This document shows positions 45,918 to 63,555 of a DNA stretch of 64,000 nucleotides, one piece after another. Below the pieces are notes generated by a model. It worked only from the letters and a program-made list of their open reading frames with translations, did no database searches and had not been told where the DNA came from. Location: the NCBI RefSeq assembly GCF_009914755.1, contig NC_060930.1; one strand, 5' to 3'. The position numbers were made by a program, and so were the translations under genes. This DNA comes from the human T2T-CHM13v2.0 reference genome, Homo sapiens. Position 1 is the stretch's first letter. Each line of letters starts with the position of its first letter.

Positions 45918-46387
45918 CCTCTACCTGCGTTTTTAATAAAGGATTATACATGAGTCAAGGATTTGTTAAAAAAAAAAAAAATCCTTCCAAGATAATTATA
46001 CATACATTACTCAGAACTGTCACTTTTTTTGGTTAATTTTACAGATGTGAATTTTATTTTATAGATATGTTCTTTTTATGACTTTCCTCAATTATTATAT
46101 AGACAATGCAGTTGTTGAATAATATCTAAATTATTTAGAATAATAGAATATTTTCTATTATGCATTTCTGAAAAACTCAAGTTACTGTTAGAATTAAGTA
46201 AGGATTTTGTCGTAGACAAACAGATGTAGCGATAGCATAGTAACCTACTAGGTTAGATACTGCCTGAATCTTTTGTTCTTATATGGATAAATTCTACGAG
46301 CTTTTATTTTTCAAGGAGAAACTTATCTTCAAGAAGACAGTAATTTGTTGGCGGGGGGCGACCAGGAGAAAAATCCTAAGAATGTGA

Positions 46388-46711
<324 letters not shown>

Positions 46712-47105
46712 TTCTGTTTCCTTTATTACTGATAATCCTTAGTGATCTAAAGACTGAGATCCTATAAGCTTGTTGCTACTTTCCCTTTTCATGTCTCATA
46801 AAAAGCCATGGTACAGGCTGTTGGGAATTATCACGTGGACATTGAAGATAACCTAATTCTGGCCATTGATTTCTTCAGTTTCTTTATCCTGCAGTGTGTA
46901 GAAGAAAGAAAACTGTGACATATATCAAACCAGAAAGACATATGACATTAAAGGAATAACAAGCCTGGCACAGAGTAGATGCTCAATAAATATTTTTTAA
47001 AGCAATGGACCAAATAATTTGTTGGTATATGTTAATTTGTTAATTTTTATATGCTAGATTCCTTGTTTTTTGGCCTTAGGAAAGAGAAACATATCTTTAC
47101 CATTA

Positions 47106-47491
<386 letters not shown>

Positions 47492-47968
47492 CTAAGAGAG
47501 CTCTAATGACAGTTCTTTTGTGACTTACAAGGTGTCTTTTTACTGTGTTTGACTTAAGGGATTTTGTTTTGTTTGGTTTATCTTTTAATTTCTGTTTTGA
47601 CCTTTCATAAAATGAGACCTTATAGAATTCTCTTAAGATAGTGTTCATAAACTTTTTTTGGATTGAGAGGTCTTTAAAAAAATTGATGTGGAGGTTATAG
47701 AATTTCTGCCTGTGCTCAAATTCACATATGTGAGGACATGCATTATTTTTCTCATAACTTTAAGAAGTTTGGGAAGTCACTAAAACTTACCCAGATCTGT
47801 TCATTCGTTCATTTGATTCATATTTGTTTATTCATTTCTATGGCTTATAAGGTTTGTAGGACCATCTGACAGAGTGCTACCCTTAGTTGTTTTCTTTCTT
47901 TTTAAATACAATATTGTGTAGTTGTATTTTAAAAGTCAAACATTTCATCACATAAAAATTATAACCTG

Positions 47969-48273
<305 letters not shown>

Positions 48274-48302
48274 TTACACCCTACTCCTAGTGGGGAACCC
48301 TC

Positions 48303-48663
48303 TGATATGGTTTGGTTGTGTCCCCACACAAATCTCATCTTGAATTGTATCTCCCATAATTCCCACATGTTGTGGGAGGAAACTGGTGGGAGGTAATTGA
48401 ATTATGAGGGCAGGTTTTTCCCGTGCTATTCTTGTGATATTGAAGTCTCATGAGATCTAATGGTTTTATAAAGGGCAGTTCCCCTGCACATGGTCTCTTG
48501 CCTGCCACCATGTAAGACATGCCTTTGCTCCTCCTTCACCTTCTGCCATGATTGCAAGGCCTCCCCAGCCATGTGGAACTGTGAGTCCATTAAACCTCTT
48601 TTTCTTTATAAATTACCCAGTCTTGGGTATTTCTTCACAGCAGTATGAAAATGGACTAATGCA
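48303..48663 (+). mobile_element. THE1 (C/D-like) 5' LTR
   Basis: tgatatggtttgg…aaatctcatcttgaattgt…attaaacctctt…ggactaatgca. Confidence 0.93.
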
Positions 48664-49523
48664 AGAAATTTGTACTGGTAGAGTTGGGTACTGCTAATTA
48701 AGATACCTGACAATGTGGAAGTGACTTTGGAACTGGGTAACAGGCAGAGCTTTGAAGAACTTGGAGGGCTTCCCAGGAAGATGTTAATCCCCAAGACAGT
48801 GGGGAAAATGGCTCCAGGGCATGTCAGAGGTCTTCACGGCAGCCCCTCCCATCCCAAGCCAGGAGGTCTAGGAGGGAAAAATGGTTTAGTGGGCCAGGCC
48901 CAGGGCCCTGCTGCTTTGTGCAGTCCTGGGACTTGGTGCCCTGTGTCCCAGCCATGGCTACAAGGGGCCAACGTATAGCTCAGGCCGTTGATTCAAAGGG
49001 TGCAAGCCCCAACCCTGGGAGGCTTATGCATGGTGTTGGACCTGTAGGTGCACAGAAGTCAAGAATTGAGGTTTGGGAACCTCCACTTAGATTTCAGAGG
49101 ATGTATGGAAATGCCTGGATGTCCAGGCAGAGGTGTGTTGCAGGGGCAGAGCCCTAATGGAGAACCTCTGCTAGGGCAGCGTGGAAGGGACACGTGAGGT
49201 GGGAGCCCCCGCACAGAATTCCCACTGGGGAACTGCCTAATGGAGCTGTGAGAAGAGGGCCATCATCCTTCAGACCCCAGAATGGTAGATCCACTGACAG
49301 CTAACATCGTGCACCTGGAAAAGCCACAGACAATGCCAGCCCGTGAAAGCAGCCAGGAGGGTCTGTACCCTGCAAAACCACAGGGTCGGAGCTGCCCAAG
49401 ACCATGGGAACCCACCTCTTGCATCAGCATTACCTGGATTTGAGACATGGAGTCAAAGGAGATCATTTTGGAGCTTTATGATTTGACTGTCCTCCTGGAT
49501 TTCAGACTTACATGGGGCCTGTA
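48664..49523 (+). mobile_element. THE1 internal region, internally deleted, 3'-truncated, no 3' LTR
   Basis: gtgactttggaactgggtaacaggcagag; aagtcaagaattgaggtttgggaacctcc; gagacatggagtcaaaggagatcattttggag. Confidence 0.92.
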
Positions 49524-49780
49524 TTCGTACTGAAAATCAAGATCAAGTGAGCTTTTGCCCTTTTGCTCCATGGGATGTTTCTGTCCTCCCTGAGCTCACC
49601 TTAAGACACCTGCATTACTGTTTGACAGGTGTACTGCCCCAGTCAAACTCCCCACCTAGCACTGTCCCCAGTCCCCTGACTCATCCCTGCAAGGGGGCCT
49701 CCCACTTATTCTACACCTCTCATGTCTCTTCACTGTGCCAGAATAGAGTCAAGTTCAACAGGGTCTTCTCTCCCCACTGA
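49519..49780 (-). pseudogene. 28S (LSU) rRNA pseudogene fragment, domain V, internally deleted
   Basis: Reverse complement of 28S motifs (gtattcgtactgaaaatcaagatcaag; ccccagtcaaactccccacct; gggggcctcccacttattctacacctctcatgtctcttc; tagagtcaag-tcaacagggtcttct) with most CpGs decayed to TpG/CpA. Confidence 0.92.
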
Positions 49781-49992
49781 CTTTTTTTGTTTATGTGCAT
49801 TTACTAACGTGAGTATTAAAATATGAATTTATATTGCCTATTTTTAATAAATACAAGATGATATTATTTATATTGTTTACAGGTTTTGTTTTTCCTTAGC
49901 TAAATATACTGAATTCCTTTCCATGCCAGTATTAGTAGATCTAGCATGCTTTTTTAAATCCCCCTATTACCCATTATTTACCATGAACCTAA

Positions 49993-50379
<387 letters not shown>

Positions 50380-51035
50380 TAAGGGTAGAAGAAGGAGTGA
50401 CAGATTGGAGTGATATCTTAGTTGCTAAAACTCTGCTTTGTTCATCATCTCAGAGAGTGGGTGCGTAGGGCTGGGGAGGCATACATTCTGAAAAGAGGGG
50501 GTTGTTGACTAAGAAATAGGCCTCCACCTAACAAAACACCCACTGTGACTATTTACAATGTTTGCATCTCAGCAAAAATACCATTTGTATTCTGAATTCC
50601 TTTGTTTCAACTACATAACTCAATAAGAAAGAAAGTTTCCTACAATTGAAAAGAATAGACAGTGTTTAAAGGCCAAGTTTTGCCTTCCTTTTAAGGCTGA
50701 ATGTGCTTTATTTTAAGCCACTCTTCCTCCTCAAGTTAAGAAGGGCCTTCTGGTATTTCTGTGCAAAGCACCAGTAATACTGTTTCTTTTTAAGTTAATC
50801 ATTTTTAATCCTGCTTATTTTATTTAGTGCCTATTGCTATAGCATCTAATGAGCTCAGCGCTTCTGACAGTATGTCCTATGGATGCCTGGGGGCAGATTG
50901 CCTGGGTTGGACTCTGCTCCAGTTCTTATTAGTTGTGTATGTCAGCTCTGTTTTCCCATCTGTTAAATGGGATAGTAATAGCCACAATAATACCTCATGG
51001 CTGTTGTGAGGATTAAAATAAGAAAATGCAAGTGA

Positions 51036-52328
<1,293 letters not shown>

Positions 52329-52991
52329 ATAGGATAATAGCTGGGAGGTGGTACCATGCCCCTAACATGGTAAGCACTCTATGTGTTAGTTATTTCTGCT
52401 GCTGCTGTCATCATTTTCATTGTTACTACAAAATCAATTCCATTCATTATTCCTAAAAATATCAATTTCTTATGGTTATATTATTTCTAGTTCTTTTCTT
52501 CAAATTACACAAATATTAGCCACTCAGTGCTTGCAGAATATTTTCAAAGGTCTGCATTTGTGAACAGGTCCTGGGATGGAGAGCCTTTGAATTACCGTGG
52601 GTGTATGTGTTATCCATTTGCTTACACTGCATCTTCTTACTATAAAATAAAGTACTTCTTGGCAGATCATATGGCATTTATAGATTTTTCTTCTTACTTT
52701 CTTTTATTTGATTTATATAATTGGGTACTCTCAACTCCCGTGATGGAGAGAAAGCAAAGAAACCAAGAATAGGATAACGCTATGGAATGCCTCAATCTTC
52801 TTTTAGTTTTTTATTTTTGGTTGAATAATTTTAGTTTAGTTCATGGAATAAGGTAAATATTTTACATTTGTTAATAACTCCATACTTTGTTCTAGGTTCA
52901 GTGGCTTACAAAAATATGTATAACAAAACAAAATTAAAAAATGAATCAGTAGAGACAAAAAGAGCATGGATGTTAAAATGTAACTAAAAGA

Positions 52992-53600
<609 letters not shown>

Positions 53601-54619
53601 CTAAAAGGAAATACTTAAAAAATACTGGAATTCCTCAATCTTGATGAACTATCCTTTCCATGTTTTCTGCCATAGTTAAACAAGGAGTTTTTACTTCTTT
53701 TGGGCAGTAGCTACATAGTATGAGACTTCTAGTAGTGCACTATGCTAACATCATCACACTTGAATGTTTTTTGAAAATATTTTACGTAAAATACATGTCC
53801 CAGATGGACTCTATTCTTTAGTTGGTTATCTAGAATTAACATTTGGATTATGTTTGCTAAATGCGTCAGCCATATCCTAAGCGCTGTGATCCTTTTAGAA
53901 CTATTAACAGATGAGACTGGGGGGCATTTTATGGTTATAAGAGCTAAATGATATTTATGCAAGTGTGTAAACATTAATAACTCAGCGTTTATAAGCATGT
54001 TAGAATATTTGATTATGGCTAGGGAAATGCATATTAGCTATCTAGCACAGATCTAAAAGTGATCTGGGCTATACCTTTCATTTCTGGATTTCTTTCCTTA
54101 AGCTTAAAGGGTGTTCTAATTTCATTATTATCAATCTCAAGATCATTTCACAGTTTCCTGGTGGTTGGGTGTCATGGTGACTTTTTGTTTTCCAGGCTCT
54201 TTGTTTGGATATGTGGCCTTGTTTGAGTTGTCTTTGATTGCTATATATCTGTACCCTTGTTTGCTTTTGCCTGGCTACTGATTCTCAGTGTTTCACTTTG
54301 ACCTTTGATAAAGCTGTGACTCTGATTCATTTTTAGGGGGGATTCACCTCGTTGGTGGAATCTAGCCTTGCCCTGCCAGGCGGCTGCCTGGGTGTTGCTT
54401 GCTGGTTGGAATGTATCCATTGAAGGCCTTAGATGTTGGAGTCCTTGCTTCCTAGCTCCACCTCTTTGTTTCAGGGCACCACTCTTCTGGTCTAGTGCAC
54501 AGCCTGGTCTCTGTCAATCAGCACGTTCTGCCTGGCGTTTTATGGCATGTTTTCTTCCCCCCCACATAGGGTAGCAGCCTTTTTATAAGTTGTAATGGGT
54601 TTTTGATACCCACTGTCAT

Positions 54620-55285
<666 letters not shown>

Positions 55286-55634
55286 TGATTATTGTATCCT
55301 AAACATTTATAGCATTATGTTCTTTACTTTTTATTGCTTAGAAAAAAATAGTTTAGTTACTACTGGTAATTTGCAAATTAAAGAATTATGTATAAAATTG
55401 CTATAGGTGCCTGTGGTTAAATTCTTTTACCAAGATTTCACTTCTAGAGAACTGAAGAATTTACCAAAGTAAAAATGGTCTAACTTTATTACTTGGTTTA
55501 TAGAAATGAATAAATCATAGTTAATAGTACAGTATATTAATAATACTGTGCTCTAAGCTACAGATTAGAAAAATATGCACCCTGTTTGTCACAATAAATG
55601 GAGTGACCAAAGCTATAGTATTTCAAATCTGTGA

Positions 55635-55968
<334 letters not shown>

Positions 55969-56929
55969 TGTACCAAGTAACATTTCTTTCTGTGTGCAGG
56001 AATATACATGTGCTTGTTACAGAGTTGAGTTTATCATATTCTATCACCATGTATTTCCCATAAATCTATTAAGTTAAAATCTGTGCCACTTATCAAAGTT
56101 TGGAGTGATTACATATATATACATAACCCTATATGATCTTTGAATTCAGAGCCTTGATGCTAGCCTGAGAGTCTGTGTGTATGAATGCAGGTGGCAAGAG
56201 TGAGGCATGGATTGTTGCTATTTTTTCTACCGGAGTGCCATTATTAACAGTTTCTTTTCTGTATAGTCACTGTGAACACTGTTGTGGGGCTGCTCCCTGT
56301 GTGTGGCTCTGCCTCAGAACCCACAGAGTCGGCTGGCTCCCAGACCTACTCTGTCTCTGGTTACAAGTCAGTGTCTTATTTACTGGAAGTTAAAAGACAG
56401 GGCACTGTTGATTTACACTGTGCTTCAGCATGCCCTTATTAGTATTTCTTGGTTCTTCCATCAGTGAGTCTCTGATTTCTTCACCAAAAAATAATCTTGC
56501 AGAGAGTCATGATCAACCCTGTTTTTATAAAACACTGAGCTTTGGAAAGGGAAATGATTACTCATCACAACTCTAAACACTAGGATAAAATGTTCCCATT
56601 TAGATCAATCAGGGGCCAATTTAATTTTCTAATGAACTTTAGAATTGCTTTTGTGGTCTGCCTTTAGGGACTATTATTATACCAGCTTTTCTTCTTTTTA
56701 ATGTTTCTAGAAGTCAATTTTCATCTTTGCCAAGAATTAAAGGATCCTTAAACATGTGGAAAAGATGAGAAAAACAGTCAGTGGATCATCTTGATGATGA
56801 TGGTCTTGCAATTTTGCAGAAGGTTGAAAAGGCAATACATATAACAGATTCATGTTCTTTCTATTGAAATGGACAAGTTAGAGGTCTAGATTGAATACAC
56901 TCTGTGTTTAGACTTAATAAACACTTTCA

Positions 56930-58640
56930 ATAAGCTTATTCAATATTTTTTAAATTGACAACCTGTATTGGGAACTGCATATACTATAGAGATCAAAGTT
57001 GACATTTCTTGCCCTCTTGGGCTTACCCAAAACAATATGTAATCAAATTAAGATAAGTACTGGGTGCACAAGGAAGGAAAACAGGTTGCCTTTAGAGACT
57101 GGAGGAGTCGTCCAGAAGTCCGCTCTGAAGAGAAGATGTTTAAAATTAAACCTGCAATGTTCGTCTGAATTAAGCAGGTTGAGAACAGGGTGAAGGAGGC
57201 AGGCATAGCAGCATGAACCAATATCCTGAGGCAGGAAAGGGCTGGGTTTGTCAGAGTAACATGAAGGTCAGTGTGCTGGAGCAAACTGAGGAGGGTGAGT
57301 GTTTCAAGACAAGGCTTGGCATAGGAGTGGTCAGATGATTCAGGGCCATATGAACCATGTTAATTTAGTTGTTCCAAAGTTCAGAGAGTTGATTAGAAGG
57401 AATAAGAAGAGAATTTAGGAGACAGTGTCAGAAGGTTATTGGCTTTAGGCTGGAGGCAAGAGATGACAGTAGCTTGGACTGGGGGTTGACAGTGGAACTG
57501 AAGAGATGTGGATGGACTCAAGCTGTATTTAGGAATTAGAACCAACAAAAGTTGATAGAAGGGTTAGATTGTGGTATTAGAAGAAAGGATTCATTTCAGC
57601 ATCCTGGCATGAACCAGTGAATGGATGAAAGTGCTTTTCCGTAGTTGGGAAAGACTAGAGGCAGAATAGATTTGAGAGAGAAGCAACAGTTCAGTTTTTT
57701 GATGGGTTAAGGTTGAAATGAGTCTGTGAGCTATCTCAGTGGAGATGTCAAGTAGGTGGTTAGTTACATAGTATGTGTTTATCTCTTGCTGCATAATAAA
57801 TTATTATGAAACTTAGCAGCAAATCTATATTAGTTATCTATTGCTCTGTAACAAGTCACCCCAACATTTGGTGCTTTAAAACAGCAAATATTTATTATCT
57901 CATGCAGTTTCCTTGGCCAGGAATTTTGAAGTGGTTTAGCTAGGTGATTCCAGTCCAGGGTCTGTCATGAGATTGCACTCAAGATGCTGGCCAGGGTTGC
58001 CATCATCTGAAGCTTGACCGAGGCTAGAGGATCTGATTCCAAGATGGCTTATGTACATGGCTTTTGGCAGAAGGTCTCAGTTCCCTGCTGGTTCTCGGTC
58101 GAAGGCCACAGTTTCTCGCCACGTGGGCCTCTCTCTAGGGTGCTTGAGTGTCTTCATGACATGGCTGTGAGCTTCTCTTAGAGTGAGAGAGATATGAAAG
58201 AATGCAAAGGGGAAGCTGTAATACTTTTAGTCTCAAAAGTCCGACTCATCACTTCTGCCATATTCTATTCAGTAGAAGTGAGTCACCAATTTCAGCCCAT
58301 ACTCAGTGGGTGGGGAATTAAGCCCCCCGCTTGAATAGACAGCCACCAAATAATTTCTGAATGTATTTTAAAACCACCACACATGATTTTGTAATTGAGA
58401 AGAAAGGTTTGGGCTGGAAATAAGACATTAGGAGTTTTGCACATAGATGCTGTGGAGTGAGTAGATGCGTGACCACTTAGTAAAAGTGTGAAGAGGTCCA
58501 AGACTGATCCTTTAGGAAATCTAACTTGTAGAGGATCTGCTGTGGAGGAGTGGAGGAGAAGGAAGAAATGGAATCTGGGAAGATGAGAAGAATTTTTCAG
58601 GCAGGGAGTGTTCTATTCTGTGGAAGCCTACTGGAATGTG
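56930..58640 (-). mobile_element. L2 fragments interrupted by an MLT1 LTR
   Basis: cctgaggcaggaa…gagaagatgtggatgga-like…gttcagtttt…gtggagatgtcaagtagg; resumes with gtttgggctgga. Confidence 0.7.
57826..58382 (-). mobile_element. MLT1F-like LTR
   Basis: tattagttatctattgct…ttccaagatggct…ttttaaaaccaccaca. Confidence 0.85.
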
Positions 58641-59160
58641 TATTTGACTTTCATTTTTAAGAATTTATTCTCTGAATGAATGAAGAATGAATAAATAAAT
58701 GTCATGTATATGTTCAAAATTTTAATTCTAAGTATGATTGTTATTGAAATGCTTATAAAATTAAGAATGGAAATCAGCATTAGGAATGCATAATAACAGA
58801 GTGGGAGATATTGGTAAAAAATTATTTAATGTCCAGACAATAAAATACCTATGAAGCTTTAAAATGACATTATTAAAGAATGTGCACTGTAATAAAAACA
58901 GATTTATAAAGTATTTTAAATAAATATAAAATACTATGTAAGGAAGAAGCAGACAAAAATGTCTAGGAGGATGTATATAAACCTGTTAATACTGGTTATC
59001 TCTGGGCAGAGGGAAAATGGGTGGTTTAAGTTTCCTTCCTTTGGTTTGTCTAAATCTTCCTTAATAAATGGAAATTGCTTTTGTAATAAAATGTTTGAAA
59101 ATATCCCCTCCCAAAATAAAGAAAAATAATGAAAATAATGATAGTTGAAACTCAATTGAG

Positions 59161-59443
59161 GGGCCCGGCATATTGGCTCATGCCTGCAATCCCAGCACCT
59201 TGAGAGGCTGAGGTGGGAGGATTGCTTGAGGTCAGGAGTTTGAGATCAGCCTGGGCAACACAGCAAGACTCCATCTCTAAAATAATTTTTTTAAAATATT
59301 AGCTGGGCTTGGTGGCTCATGCCTGTAGTCTGAACCACTCAGGAGGCTGAGGTGGGAGGATTACTTGAGCACAAGTCAAAGCTACAGTGAGCTATGATTG
59401 TGCCATTGCACTCCAGCCTGAAGCCTCAAAAAAGAAAAAAAAA
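59161..59443 (+). mobile_element. AluJ
   Basis: ggaggattgcttgag; approximate TSD aaact--attgag. Confidence 0.93.
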
Positions 59444-59605
59444 CTTGATTGAGAAAAATTAAAGTACAACATTTGGCTCTGAACTTCCTGGCAGCCAAGA
59501 CAAAATGATACAAAGAAGATCTCTGATCTTTGTCAAGACACCCTGCTTTATGCCTGGTCCCCAAAGTGAGCAGAAGTGAGGCACCTTGCCCTCTAAAGCA
59601 ATTCC

Positions 59606-60789
59606 TTTCTTTTTTTCTTTCTTTTTTTTTTTCATTTGAAGGATTTCTTTTTTAAACTTTTATTTTAAGTTAAGGGGTACATGTGTAGGTTTGTTTCATG
59701 GGTAAATGTGTGTCACAGGATGGGGGTTTGTTTACGGATTATTTCATCATCCAGGTATTAAGCCTAGTATCCATTAGTTATTTTTCGTGATCGTTTCCCT
59801 CCCCCCAACCTCCACCCTCCAATAGACCCCAGTGTATATTGTTCCCTGCTATATATCCATGTGTTGTCATCATTTAGCTCCCACTTAAAAGTGAGAAATG
59901 TGGTATTTGGCTTTCTGTTCATATGTTAATTTGCTAAGGATAATGGCCTCCAGCTCCATCCATGTCCCTGCAAACAACATGATCTCATTCCATTTTATGG
60001 CTGCATAGTATTCCATAGTGTGTATATGCCACATTTTCTTTATCCAATCCACCACTAATGGGCATTTAGGTTGATTCAAAGTCTTTGTTACTGTGCTGCA
60101 ATGTCTTTGTAACAGAGCAATTTATATTCCTTTGGGTGTATACCCTGATATGGCTTGTCTGTGTCTCCACCCAAATCTCATCTTGAATTCCCAGGTATTA
60201 TGGGAGGGACCCAGTGGGAGTAATTGAATCATGGAGGCAAGTCTTTCCCATGCTGTTCTTGTGATAGTGAATAAGTCTCACGAGAACTGATGGTTTTATA
60301 AAGAGGCGTTTCCCTGCACAAGCTCTCTCTTTGCCTGCTGCCATCCATGTAAGATGTGACTTGCTCCTCCTTGCCTTCCACCATGATTGTGAGGCTTCCC
60401 CAGCCACATGGAACTGTAAGTCCATTAAATCTCTTTCTTTGGTAAATTGCCCAGTCTTGGGTATATGTTTATCAGCAGTGTGAAAGCAGACTAATACATA
60501 CTCAGTAATGGGATTGCTGGGTCAAATAGTATTTCTGTCTTTAGGTCTTTGAGGAATTGCTATGTTGTCTTCCACAGTGTTTGAACTAATTTACACTCCC
60601 ACCAACAGTGTGTAAGTGTTCCTTTTTTTCTTCAACCTCGCTAGCATCTTTTATTTTTTGCCTTTTTAATAATAGCCATTCTGACTGGTGTGAAATTTAT
60701 ATCATTGTGTTTTTGGTTGGCATTTCTCTAATGATAGTGATGTTGAGCTTTTTTTAATATGCTTGGCCACATGTATGTCTTCTTTTATT
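59606..60789 (-). mobile_element. Old L1PA (about PA15-16) 3' end interrupted by a THE1 LTR
   Basis: L1 3' UTR and ORF2 end in antisense; TSD taaagcaatt. Confidence 0.9.
60146..60498 (+). mobile_element. THE1B-like solo LTR
   Basis: tgatatgg…gactaataca with 5-bp TSD taccc/tactc. Confidence 0.93.
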
Positions 60790-61559
60790 TAAAGCAATTT
60801 CACATAAGCTACAGCGATGTTCTTAAGTCTTGGGAAAACAGAGGGCATACTTTAAAATGTAGGTTCTGTGAAGGCAGTTGTGCAGGCACAGGGTAGATTC
60901 CTATATGTGGCTTAGGTAAGCTTTGTGATGATTTGGTATAACAAAGTGGTAAAGTTTTTATTATCTTGAGAATACAGCAGTTGGTATTCCCTTAGACCAG
61001 ATTCCTTCACATCTCTGGATGACTGGGCTGCACCTGATTCCTTAAGCCTGGCTGGAGTCAAGGAGTCTGTATTCTAAGACAATTCTCCAGGGGATTCTGA
61101 TGTTTTGCTACATCTGGGAATTTGTGCAGTGTACTATTCTTTTTGACCATGATGACAGTTGGGTTTTATTGAGAATTAACCATGTGGCTCTTGCCGCATG
61201 CTGATTATTATCTTTAATTCTCATAACAATTGTTTAAGGGTTGCATTTTTACCCTCTTTGTATATAGGAGAAAAATAAATTGTTCAAGACATAAAGCAGT
61301 CAAAAAGCAGTTCCATAAAGTAGTTGGGAGCTGAGTTTTACCTTATAAGGCTGTTGGGATCAAATGAGATAATGTGTACAAAGTGGTTAGCCCTGTGTCT
61401 GGCACATAGAAAGTGTTTAATAAATGTCAGTTTTATTATGAGAAAACATGATTCATGGATGGAGACTCTGATAGCATCCTTAGTGCATGCATCTCCCTAT
61501 TCCAGTCATCTGTCCTTCAGTGTTACGTTTTAGATCAGAGTTATAGGACATGTCAGGCT

Positions 61560-61866
61560 TATTTTATCTTATTTTCTTTTATGAGACAGGTTCTCACTCT
61601 GTCTCCCAGGCTAAAGTGCAGTGGTGTGATCATGGCTCACTGCAGCCTCGAACTCTTGGGTTCAAGTGATCCTCCCACCCCACCCTCCCAAGTAGCTGGG
61701 ACCACAGGCATATGCCACCACACCCAGCTAATTTTTGTACTTTTTGTAGAGACAGGGTTTTACCATTTTGCCCAGGCTGGTCTCGAACTCCTGGGCTCAA
61801 GTGATCCACTCGCCTTAGCCTCCCAAAGTGTTGGGATTACAGACATGAGTCATTGCGCCCAGGCCA
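61560..61866 (-). mobile_element. AluJ
   Basis: Antisense Alu. Confidence 0.95.
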
Positions 61867-61971
61867 TTTCAGCCTGTTTAACATTCCTTTTGCAGAGCTG
61901 GAACATCCAACTCCAACTTGTAGACCAGAAATACTCCTGAATTTCTTTCCTCAGACTTATCTCAGTGGCAC

Positions 61972-62398
61972 CAGATTGAGTTAGGATTGAGTTTAGCTGC
62001 AAGTAAGAGAAACCCTTTTACGATAGATTAACTAAGAAAGAACTCATTTTTCTCAAGTAAGCTTCAGTCTGTAGGTAGGCAACCCAGGGCTGGTTACCTG
62101 CTCAGGGAAACTGGCAGCTTCTGTCTTCCTGGAGGAAGCAGAAAGGCCCAGGGCAAGATGTTCATGCCAGCCAAGTCTGTTAATTTTTATCAGGGAAATA
62201 ATAGTTCTCCTGGGTCTTCCACCCAATATACTTCTCCCCTCCTCTGGGCGGAATTGAGCCAAATGGTTATCTCTAGTTGCAAGGCAAGGTGAATATTTTA
62301 ACTGGCCACCTTGCTACAGGGAAAAAAAATGGGATTAATCTTGTAAGTGAGAAGGAGAGAAAGGATGCTTGAGTAGGCAACTAGCAGTGTGTACCATA
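61972..62398 (-). mobile_element. MLT1J-like LTR
   Basis: gttaggatt…gctgcaagtaa…gtaggcaactagcagt. Confidence 0.65.
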
Positions 62399-62669
62399 GT
62401 GAGTTCCAGCAAATAGTTCTATCTTAAATACCATGTCTAGAGGCATGATCAGAGTGAAAACAATTCTGATTCTAGAATTCAGGTTACCTGTAATTATATT
62501 CTGAAAGAATGATAGGTTGAAAATATGAGTATTAAAAGACAAAATTGGAACCAAGTACAATTTCTCCATTTGTCTTATAGGGGAATATATGAAAAGTTGA
62601 GATAAATTAATCTCTTTTCTTCAAAAAAATAACACTGTGAAATGAACATGAAAAATGTTTATTGCATCT

Positions 62670-63555
62670 GGTTTTTTTCCTCTATGTTTTATTTCAGTAA
62701 AATACAGATAACATAAAATTTATTATTTTAGCCATTTGAAATGTACATACATCTTGTTATATAACCATCACTACCATCGTTCTCCTGAATTCTTTTCTTG
62801 TTGAAAAACTGAAAATATATACCCATTAAACCAGGGGTCCCCAAGCCCTGGGCCACAGGTCGCTACTAGTCTGTTGCCTGTTAGGAGGCGAGTCACACAG
62901 CAGGGGGTGAGCGGTGGGTAATCGAGCATTACCTCCTGAGCTCTGCCTCCTGTCAGATCAGCAGCGGCATTCGATTCTCATAGGAGCACGAACCCTATTG
63001 TGGACTGTGCATGTGAGGGATGTAGGTCGTACACTCCTTATTAGAATCTAACTAATGCCTGATGATCTGTGGTGAAACAGTTTCATCCCGAAACCACTCC
63101 CCCACTGCCTCCCCCACTGCCCCGCCCATGGAAAAATTGTCTTTCACAAAACCGGTTCCTTTTTGGTGCCAAAAAGGTTAGGGACCGCCACATTAAACAA
63201 CAACTCCTCACTCCTCTCTCCTCCTAGCCCTTGGCAACCACCATTTTACTTTCACTATTCTAGGTACCTCATGTAAGTGGAATCATACCATAGTTTTCTT
63301 TATGTGACTGGCTGTGTCACTTAGCACACTGTCCTCCATGTTCATCCATGTTGTAGCATGTGTCTGAATTTCCTTTCTCTTCAAGGCTGGTTATTATTCC
63401 ATTTTATGTAAATATCACATTTTGCTAATTAATTGATCTGTTTGTGGACACTTGGGTTGCTTCCATCTTTTAGCTTTTGTGAATAGCGTTCCTATTAACA
63501 TGGATGTACAAATATCTCTGAGATTCTGCTTTCAGTTCTTCTGGTTATATCATTG
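62670..63555 (-). mobile_element. L1MB-type 3' end interrupted by MER1B
   Basis: taacataaaattta…taggtacctcatgtaagtggaatcata…ggacacttgggttgcttcca. Confidence 0.88.
62832..63190 (+). mobile_element. MER1B (hAT-Charlie)
   Basis: caggggtccccaa…ggtgccaaaaaggttagggacc; perfect 8-bp TSD cattaaac. Confidence 0.93.

Noticed and set aside
49519-49780. Functional rRNA gene
   Set aside because: Only a ~260-nt fragment, with an internal deletion and CpG decay
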